Assembly (NCBI RefSeq): GCF_029232205.1
Contig: NZ_CP107255.1
Location: forward strand, 210,001 to 242,000
Direction of reading: 5' to 3'
DNA: 32,000 nucleotides
From: Candidatus Saccharimonadota bacterium
GTDB taxonomy: Archaea > Nanohalarchaeota > Nanosalinia > Nanosalinales > Nanosalinaceae
Shown here in pieces: positions 1-6,494 of the stretch (position 1 is its first letter; every line of letters begins with the position of its first letter). Both the position numbers and the translations under genes were made by a program. The notes beneath the pieces were generated by a model. That model saw nothing but the letters and a program-made list of their open reading frames with translations. It had not been told where the DNA came from and made no database searches.

Positions 1-452
1 GACAGTCTGTAGGAGTCACAGGAACACCAGGATTCGTAATATACAAGACAGGTTCAAACTCTGGACAGCAGATTACCGGTGCACAGCCATTCAGCCGGTT
101 TGAATCAGTTATCAGCCAAGTTCAAAACTCTGATCCAGGAACCGAGACAACAGGAGAAAACGAACAGGTTGACAAGACCATACAAGTCTCAGGGACAGAG
201 TACAGTTTCTCACCTTCCACAATAAAAGTCGGAAAAGGCCAGACTGTGGAAATAGAATTTAGCAACACAGGCAGTATTCCCCACGACATGAAGATTCCAA
301 GCCTTGGAACAGGTTCAAAAGTTATACAGCCAGGTCAAACAGACTCCTTCACATTTACAGCACCAAAATCAGGAACCTTCCCTATAAGCTTCGAATGCAG
401 CCTCCCAGGTCACGCAGCGAACGGGATGAAAGGACAGCTAAAGACAGGTTGA
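1..452 (+). CDS. DsbA-like thioredoxin-fold domain fused to a C-terminal cupredoxin (type-1 Cu) domain; 5' end outside window
   Basis: Frame 3 is open from nt 3 to the stop at 450-452, so the track ORF 246..452 is only its tail. The visible N-part GVTGTPGFVIYKTGSNSGQQITGAQPFSRFESVI is paralogous to the C-terminus of ORF 10440..11243 (GISGTPGFLIFRTG..TGAQPYSSFESEI). The C-part has the cupredoxin ligand pattern His (IPHDM) ... C-x4-H-x4-M (FECSLPGHAANGM). Confidence 0.8.
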   Translation, partial: QSVGVTGTPGFVIYKTGSNSGQQITGAQPFSRFESVISQVQNSDPGTETTGENEQVDKTIQVSGTEYSFSPSTIKVGKGQTVEIEFSNTGSIPHDMKIPSLGTGSKVIQPGQTDSFTFTAPKSGTFPISFECSLPGHAANGMKGQLKTG

Positions 453-458
453 GAGATC

Positions 459-1046
459 GTGGGGGAATTTGAATGTGACAAGTGCGATAGAGGCTTCAGT
501 TCCGAGGAGGCGTTGGAGCAGCATAAACAGGACTACGATCACAGCAAGCTGAAGGAATGCTCGAAATGCGGTGAAAAATTCAGATCCAAGGAAAAATACA
601 GTGAGCACAAGAAAACGCATTGGGGTCCGGTACGAAGACACATCTTCGCTGACCATTATGTTTTAGGAGGACTAGCTCTGATAGGCCTTGTAATCGCGCT
701 GGGACTGGGCTTAAACGCACTTCCTTCTGGCGGCTCCAGTCAAGAATCCATACCTGAAGATGTAGGCCAGACTGTCAGTATAACCGGAGGAGATTTCTAC
801 TTCAATCCTTCCACGAGCCGGATAAACGATACAGGCAAGATAAGAGTGAGGTTTACCAATCAGGGAGGTGTTAGTCACAATCTCAGACTGACCGGTATCG
901 GGAAGGGGACAAGTGTCATCCCGCCAGGCCAATCTGAAGCATTCACCTTCAACGCTTCAAAAGACGGGGAAACACCTATAGCGTTTGAATGCACGCTACC
1001 AGGTCATGCCGAAAGAGGCATGGTAGGAAGATTCACTTCAACATAG
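459..1046 (+). CDS. Membrane-anchored cupredoxin with two N-terminal cytoplasmic C2H2 zinc fingers
   Basis: GTG start. Fingers are CDKCDRGFSSEEALEQHKQDYDH and CSKCGEKFRSKEKYSEHKKTH (C-x2-C-x12-H-x3/5-H). One TM helix (YVLGGLALIGLVIALGLGL). Cupredoxin domain has His (VSHNL) and FECTLPGHAERGM (C-x4-H-x4-M). Confidence 0.85.
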   Translation: MGEFECDKCDRGFSSEEALEQHKQDYDHSKLKECSKCGEKFRSKEKYSEHKKTHWGPVRRHIFADHYVLGGLALIGLVIALGLGLNALPSGGSSQESIPEDVGQTVSITGGDFYFNPSTSRINDTGKIRVRFTNQGGVSHNLRLTGIGKGTSVIPPGQSEAFTFNASKDGETPIAFECTLPGHAERGMVGRFTST

Positions 1047-1059
1047 AGGAGAACAAAAC

Positions 1060-1671
1060 ATGGAAGAATGCAAATACTGTGATAAAGAATTCGATAAAAA
1101 GAGGAGAAAGCTTCAGCACGAATTGAAAGAACACGAGGGAGAAATGTCTAGCCATGACAGAGATGGGAAAAAGAGAGAATTAAGCAAGTTGAGAGAGAAG
1201 GATAAGACGGCGAAACAGAAACGGAATAGGAAGATAATCTACAGCGGGATTGGTCTAGTATTGCTAGCTGGCCTGGTTTTCGGAGGCTACCAGGTTTCCC
1301 AATACGCTGATTCTCTACAGCCTGAGAAAGATGCCGATAAAGGAATAGGAACTCCTATTCACTGGCACGCAAATTACCAACTCACAGTCTGCGGAGAAAA
1401 CCAGATCCTCCGAGGAGGACCTACTAGAGCACATACACACGGTCAGAGCCAGTTCCATCTTGAAGGAGTGAGAACAAGCGAGGAACAGGCAACTTTAGAT
1501 GGGATTGTAGATAGTTTGGGCGGCCAACTGGAAAATAATTCAGTGATGGGTCAAACCAGCTGCAACGGAGAACCGGCTGAACTCACAGTTAAGGCGAATG
1601 GCCAGGAACTTGAAAATCCGCTGACTTACATCCCTAGGGATGGCGATAACATAGTAATCAGGTTAGAATGA
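1060..1671 (+). CDS. Membrane-anchored protein: N-terminal C2H2 zinc finger, one TM, extracytoplasmic His-rich domain of unknown function
   Basis: Finger CKYCDKEFDKKRRKLQHELKEH, a Lys/Arg-rich linker and a TM helix (IIYSGIGLVLLAGLVFGGY). The outer domain has HWH and HTH His clusters and two Cys. GAGGAG lies upstream of the ATG. The stop overlaps the next gene (ATGA). Confidence 0.8.
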   Translation: MEECKYCDKEFDKKRRKLQHELKEHEGEMSSHDRDGKKRELSKLREKDKTAKQKRNRKIIYSGIGLVLLAGLVFGGYQVSQYADSLQPEKDADKGIGTPIHWHANYQLTVCGENQILRGGPTRAHTHGQSQFHLEGVRTSEEQATLDGIVDSLGGQLENNSVMGQTSCNGEPAELTVKANGQELENPLTYIPRDGDNIVIRLE

Positions 1672-2531
1672 TAGAGAAACTTCTCAACTTCCTCTGGAAA
1701 TACATCGCAGGACCTATAATAGCAGATGCAAAAAACGCCGAAACCGCTGTATGGAACGGAGTGACCGCTCAAACTGGCTACAACCTTTTCAACACCGTAA
1801 CATGGGCGGTACTTGCAGCGTTCTTCGGCTACTTTATTTACAGGGAATTCGACCGGAGGGATATCAGTTTCACTCCGGAAACAGTTGTAGCCTCGGTACC
1901 TTTCATCCTGATTGGCGGGATGCTCCGATTTATCGAAGACGCCGGGGTTCTTGTATTCTTCCTCAGGCCTTTCCTGATAACCCCGATAATCTACTTCGTG
2001 ATAGCCGGAATATACTTGGCATCGTTTGTAGGAGCGATCAAGATCTCAGAAAAGTACGGCAAAAGCCGTGAAAGAGTTCTGGCCGAGATCGGAACACTGT
2101 TCCTGACGCCCGTAGCTTTCTACACTTTCTACCTGTTGTTCCAGTTCGGAATCAACTGGAGCCTACTCCTAATATCCTTGCTTATTCCAGGAGTGTTGAC
2201 CGCTGGATTTTACTGGCTTTTCAGAGATACGGGATTCGGGGAAGCTCCTTACTACCTTATTGCTTTCAGCCAGTTCTTCGGCGGAGCAGTAAGCATGGTA
2301 AGTGTTTCTCAAGGGTATGTGCAGAAACAGTTGCTGGCTCAGTTCTCCACCCAGCTATTCGGAGCACCAGGAATACTGGTAGTTAAGACCGGATTATTGG
2401 CTGCTGTCCTATACATAATGCAGGATATGGAAGACGATGAAATAACTGAAGCCATACTTGTACTTGCGTTAACAGTTGTCGGCCTGGCAACAGGGCTCAG
2501 AGTCCTCCTGAGATTAGTGGCAGGAATATGA
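1668..2531 (+). CDS. Polytopic integral membrane protein, unknown function
   Basis: 287 aa with about 7-8 hydrophobic helices. Translationally coupled to both neighbours by 4-nt overlaps. The internal ORF 1751..2071 is an alternate-frame artefact. Confidence 0.75.
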   Translation: MIEKLLNFLWKYIAGPIIADAKNAETAVWNGVTAQTGYNLFNTVTWAVLAAFFGYFIYREFDRRDISFTPETVVASVPFILIGGMLRFIEDAGVLVFFLRPFLITPIIYFVIAGIYLASFVGAIKISEKYGKSRERVLAEIGTLFLTPVAFYTFYLLFQFGINWSLLLISLLIPGVLTAGFYWLFRDTGFGEAPYYLIAFSQFFGGAVSMVSVSQGYVQKQLLAQFSTQLFGAPGILVVKTGLLAAVLYIMQDMEDDEITEAILVLALTVVGLATGLRVLLRLVAGI

Positions 2532-2713
2532 TCAAAGACAGACACCTCCATAAATTTTCGGACCTGAAGAACTACCAGTTCTACCTTGCCCTAGGTTCAA
2601 CTATAGCAGTTATAGTTCTGTTTTTCGATGACTGGAAGCCAGACATACATTCCGCCTTTGTAATAGGTTTCACCGCTTTGATGATCTGGAAAACCAGGAA
2701 ATCAAATTCCTAG
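2528..2713 (+). CDS. Small two-TM membrane protein
   Basis: 61 aa, ATGA overlap with the upstream gene, two hydrophobic segments. Followed by a hairpin plus T-run. Confidence 0.55.
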   Translation: MIKDRHLHKFSDLKNYQFYLALGSTIAVIVLFFDDWKPDIHSAFVIGFTALMIWKTRKSNS

Positions 2714-2726
2714 GAAAATCCAAGTT

Positions 2727-2750
2727 AAAAAACCTGAGTGGGGGTTTTTT
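2727..2750 (+). terminator. Hairpin plus T-tract terminator of the 459-2713 operon
   Basis: aaaaaacc (2727-2734) pairs with ggtttttt (2743-2750) and ends in a T6 run, immediately after the last gene of the operon. Confidence 0.5.
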
Positions 2751-2809
2751 GAAAAATATATAAGGTATTTTCTTGTCCGGTTCGGAGATACTAGTGCCGG
2801 TCCTGATGA

Positions 2810-2817
2810 TTTAAAAA
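2810..2817 (+). promoter_or_regulatory. TATA box for a leaderless arsR-merA transcript
   Basis: tttaaaaa is centred about 26-27 nt upstream of the ATG at 2840, the spacing expected for an archaeal leaderless mRNA. Confidence 0.45.
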
Positions 2818-2839
2818 TCCTAAATGAAAAGTTATTCAT

Positions 2840-3166
2840 ATGGATTATAATTCATATAGCAAATTTTTCAACGCATTAGCCAGCGAAAACAGACTGAAAA
2901 TACTCGACATACTCAGAGAACAGGACAGAACAGTATCCGAAATATCAGAAATAGCTGCCGTTGAACAAAGCTCGGTCTCACATCACCTTCGATGCCTCAG
3001 GAACTGCGGATTTGTCCAGAGAAAAGTTGACGGCAACAAAAGAATCTATACTATCAATTCAGAAGCGGTGGAAAAACTTTTCTCAGGCGTAGAAGAACAC
3101 ATCGAGAACCATGAAAACGGCATCTATACCTGTGAAATACTCAAAGACGAACGAGGAGAACAATGA
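2840..3166 (+). CDS. ArsR/SmtB-family metal-responsive transcription regulator (probable mer regulator)
   Basis: ENRLKILDILREQDRTVSEISEIAAVEQSSVSHHLRCLRNCGFV is a canonical ArsR wHTH. Cys residues include C-x3-C (CLRNC) and a C-terminal C. 4-nt overlap with merA. Confidence 0.9.
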   Translation: MDYNSYSKFFNALASENRLKILDILREQDRTVSEISEIAAVEQSSVSHHLRCLRNCGFVQRKVDGNKRIYTINSEAVEKLFSGVEEHIENHENGIYTCEILKDERGEQ

Positions 3167-4626
3167 TGACTGACTACGACCTAATCATAGTAGGTGGCGG
3201 TGCAGCAGCCTTTGCAGCCGCCAACAAAGCCAACCAACTCGAAAAACAAACTTTGATGATAAACGACCCCCACGATCTTCCTCTCGGGGGAACCTGCGTA
3301 AATGTCGGCTGCGTCCCCTCAAAGACGCTACTACATCAAGGAGAGGAAAACTACTACCCGAAAAACTCAGATTTCCGAGCTATCAACCTCGAAGGAAACG
3401 CAGACCTCGTAGAAGCAATCGAAGAAACCAACGAAATGGTTGACGGATTCAGGGAAGGAAACTACGAGAAAGTAATCGATAAACAAGACTATGTAGACCT
3501 TGTAGATGGCAGAGCCAAGTTCAAAGATGAGAATACAGTAGAAGTAAACGGCGAAAAATACTCCGCAGACCGATTCCTGATAGCCACAGGAGCATCCACA
3601 TTTGAACCACCGATCGATGGCATAGAAGAAGTGGATTATCTCACGAACGAATCAGTCCTAGAGCTTGACTACCAGCCCGAGAGAGTGGTTGTTATTGGTG
3701 GCGGACCGCTTGGACTCGAATGGAGCCAGATATTCCACCACTTCGACATAGAAGTAGTAGTTCTCGAAAGAAACGACAGATTCCTCCAAAGAGAAGACCC
3801 GCTAATCTCTGAGGAGATAGAGAAACATCTCAGCAACGAAGGAATAGAAATGCACTCCTCAGCAGAAACACAAAAAGTCCAAGAAGAAAACGGACAGAAA
3901 ATCATAGAAGCAGAGATAGATGGCGAAAAACAGGTCTTCAAAGCAGACGAAATCTTTTTAGCAACAGGCATCGACCCAAACACAGACGACCTGAACACGG
4001 AAGAAGCAGGAATAGAAACAGATGACAGAGGTTTCGTAGAGATAAACAATCGGATGGAGACCTCTCAGAACCATATCTATGCTGCAGGCGATGTAACAGG
4101 AGAACTTCCTCTGGAGACTGTAGCAGCCAAGCAAGGAAGTTTCGCAGCCCAGAATATGTTCGAAGACTCGACGGAATCAGAGGATTCCGCTCGATCGAGC
4201 GAACATGAAAGTTCGCCGAGTGCAGTGAAGGAGATTAATTACGATGAAATACCTCACGCCGTTTTTACATCTCCACAAGTTGCCTCAGTAGGTATGACCG
4301 AGCAGGAATATATGGAGGAGTATGATACCTGTCTATGTTCTGCTGTAAGGATGGACCAGGTGGAGAAGGCGGAGGCTATCAAAGACACCAGGGGAATTGC
4401 TCGGATGGTTATCGACCACGAAACAGAAGAAGTCCTCGGATTCCATATAGTAGGACCGATGTCAGCCGATATAATTACCACAGCAACCTACGCAGTCAAA
4501 AACCAGATGACTATAGACGAAATCAGAGACACAACCCATATCTTCCCAACTCTAAGCGAAGTCGTGAAAAAAGCAGCACAGAGCTTCGACGCCGACCTCG
4601 ACGAAATGGCCTGCTGCGTGGAGTGA
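3163..4626 (+). CDS. merA: Mercuric reductase (MerA core, no N-terminal HMA/NmerA domain)
   Basis: FAD-binding motif IIVGGGAAAFAAA, redox-active disulfide GGTCVNVGCVPSK, second Rossmann motif VVIGGGPLGLE. The C-terminal vicinal Cys pair (..EMACCVE) distinguishes MerA from other pyridine-nucleotide disulfide oxidoreductases. Confidence 0.85.
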   Translation: MMTDYDLIIVGGGAAAFAAANKANQLEKQTLMINDPHDLPLGGTCVNVGCVPSKTLLHQGEENYYPKNSDFRAINLEGNADLVEAIEETNEMVDGFREGNYEKVIDKQDYVDLVDGRAKFKDENTVEVNGEKYSADRFLIATGASTFEPPIDGIEEVDYLTNESVLELDYQPERVVVIGGGPLGLEWSQIFHHFDIEVVVLERNDRFLQREDPLISEEIEKHLSNEGIEMHSSAETQKVQEENGQKIIEAEIDGEKQVFKADEIFLATGIDPNTDDLNTEEAGIETDDRGFVEINNRMETSQNHIYAAGDVTGELPLETVAAKQGSFAAQNMFEDSTESEDSARSSEHESSPSAVKEINYDEIPHAVFTSPQVASVGMTEQEYMEEYDTCLCSAVRMDQVEKAEAIKDTRGIARMVIDHETEEVLGFHIVGPMSADIITTATYAVKNQMTIDEIRDTTHIFPTLSEVVKKAAQSFDADLDEMACCVE

Positions 4627-4630
4627 TAGT

Positions 4631-5758
4631 ATGACAGAGCACAAATGCGAGAAATGCGGTAAGACATTCGACTCAGAAAAAGCACTCGAACAACACCAAG
4701 AAGATTATGACCACAGCAAAGAGAAAGAAGACGATAAAGGTCTGAAGGAAAGGATAATGACCTCGAACTACACAGGCTTAGCAATAATAGGCATACTCCT
4801 CGTAGGTCTTACAGTAGGAGGATACTACGCCCTGAGTCCTTCAAACACATCTGCTGGTGATGGATACAGTCATTCACATACTGCTGAGATAGGCAGCCAA
4901 GCACCTGATTCTTCGTTCACTACAGTCAACGGCGAAGAATTCAAGCTCTCCAAATACAGCGGAGAGAAAAGAATGATATGGCTTTACGCAACCTGGTGTC
5001 CAAGCTGTTACAAAGGAGCACAAGTCCTCCAAGCCCGAAACGAACAACTCAAGGATATGAAGATAATCGCCTTGAAAACGAAAGGAAACGCAGGATACTC
5101 AGGACCATCAACACAGCAGTTCGCCGATAAATACGCACCAGAAACCCTGAACAAAGAGAACTGGGTCTGGGGAAAGGCTTCACAGGAACTAACCAACATC
5201 TATAACCCTCAGAACACTCCTGATATAATCTGGCTGGTAAAACCTAACGGAGAGATTTACGCCAAGACAGCAGCACCAGCAGCACGAATCAACCAGATAA
5301 CAAGGTTCGCCCAGAAAAACTTCAACAACACAGAAGAAATCAGCCTCGGAAAAGAAGTAGAAATAATGGGCAGAAACCACATTTCAACAGGCGAACAGGT
5401 CAACAACTACAACTCCAATCCTCCAACATCAGGACCTCACTACCAGAGACCAGCAGAAACAGGGTTCTACAGCAAGAAACTGCCTGACGAAAGACTTGTC
5501 CACAACATCGAACACGGACAAATCTGGATAAGCTACAACAACATCACTTCAGAAACCAGGAAACAGTTAGAACAACTGGCACAGAACTATCCTAAAGCCG
5601 TTATAGTGACAAAGCGTCCAGAGAACAACGCCAAGATAGCGGTAGCCTCCTGGGGAAGACTGATGGAGCTTAACAGCTACGACAAGCAAAAAGTCGTGAA
5701 ATACATCAAGGCCTACATCAACAAATCTCCAGAACCATTTGCCAAACTACCCAACTAA
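4631..5758 (+). CDS. Membrane-anchored protein: N-terminal C2H2 zinc finger, one TM, thioredoxin-like (CxxC) domain plus DUF3105-like domain
   Basis: Finger CEKCGKTFDSEKALEQHQEDYDH, TM helix (GLAIIGILLVGLTVGGYYAL), TlpA/ResA-like WLYATWCPSCYKG. The DUF3105-like segment is YNSNPPTSGPHY...LVHNIEHGQIWISY. Confidence 0.85.
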   Translation: MTEHKCEKCGKTFDSEKALEQHQEDYDHSKEKEDDKGLKERIMTSNYTGLAIIGILLVGLTVGGYYALSPSNTSAGDGYSHSHTAEIGSQAPDSSFTTVNGEEFKLSKYSGEKRMIWLYATWCPSCYKGAQVLQARNEQLKDMKIIALKTKGNAGYSGPSTQQFADKYAPETLNKENWVWGKASQELTNIYNPQNTPDIIWLVKPNGEIYAKTAAPAARINQITRFAQKNFNNTEEISLGKEVEIMGRNHISTGEQVNNYNSNPPTSGPHYQRPAETGFYSKKLPDERLVHNIEHGQIWISYNNITSETRKQLEQLAQNYPKAVIVTKRPENNAKIAVASWGRLMELNSYDKQKVVKYIKAYINKSPEPFAKLPN

Positions 5759-5773
5759 CGAGGCCAAGAAAGA

Positions 5774-6286
5774 ATGAATCGGATAAAAGAAGGATTTTCG
5801 GATTTCAGCAGGTCGGTAAAGACGGTTCTTACGGAGAGAAAGTATCAGGGCATCTTTCTCGGTGTTTTCACCCTATTCTTTACTCTCTACATTTTCACGC
5901 TTCCCGCCACCTACACAGGAGGAATAGTTGGATGGATTTCGCTCCAGTATTTGACGCCTGAGTTAGCCGTGTTTTCATTTGTGATGTCTGTTGAGACCGG
6001 TCTTATAGCATCTTTCATAGCCTACTCCTCCACACTTTCACTTGGAACAGAGCTTGAAACTTCATCAGGTATAGCAGGGAGTATACTGCCTCCATTACTT
6101 TGCTGTTCTCCACTACTACCCGCACTGGGAGCGGTCGTGGCAAGCCTGACACCTCTAGCGATTAATATAGGATATCTTCAGGGCTTGATCGCAGTTTATG
6201 AGACAGAAATTCTTCTTGGAGCAACACTGATACTTGGCTACTCCGTACTGGAAAACTCGAAAACAGTGAGAAAATGTATTAATTAA
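5774..6286 (+). CDS. Four-TM membrane protein with an intramembrane vicinal Cys pair (candidate Hg(II)/thiophilic-metal transporter)
   Basis: 170 aa, hydrophobic. PPLLCCSPLLPALG is a CC-x-P motif inside a predicted helix. It is the last gene of the arsR-merA operon. The function is inferred only. Confidence 0.6.
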   Translation: MNRIKEGFSDFSRSVKTVLTERKYQGIFLGVFTLFFTLYIFTLPATYTGGIVGWISLQYLTPELAVFSFVMSVETGLIASFIAYSSTLSLGTELETSSGIAGSILPPLLCCSPLLPALGAVVASLTPLAINIGYLQGLIAVYETEILLGATLILGYSVLENSKTVRKCIN

Positions 6287-6494
6287 GCAGCTTTTCAGAA
6301 GCTCTATATTGAGAGCGCTCTTAGCAGAGAAAAAATAAGGAGGGAAAGGCTGGTAGCAATCCTACCTATTTTTATTGTCCGCTACCCTCTGTTGTTGGTC
6401 TTCTTAGTCTCTGCTGTCTCCAATTTTCTATACATTTGCTATTATAGGTCCTGCGATGTATTTCCAGAGGAATGATAGAACAGGATTCATGTCT

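Noticed and set aside
1751-2071. 106-aa alternate-frame ORF within the membrane protein gene 1668..2531
   Set aside because: It is on the same strand in a different frame, with Arg/Pro-rich unnatural composition. The overlapping frame gives coherent TM helices and operon coupling.
4140-4230. Acidic Ser/Glu-rich insertion in MerA (EDSTESEDSARSSEHESSPSAVKE), considered as a possible intein or mobile insertion
   Set aside because: It is only about 25 aa, has no intein splice-junction residues or endonuclease motifs, and is in frame. It looks like a halophile-style acidic surface loop.
6287-6494. Possible small hydrophobic ORFs and hairpins (agagcgctct palindrome, agctt..aagct) in the convergent spacer between the mer operon and the ATPase
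   Set aside because: The candidate peptides lack a standard start codon in frame. The palindromes are adequately explained as bidirectional terminator structures.
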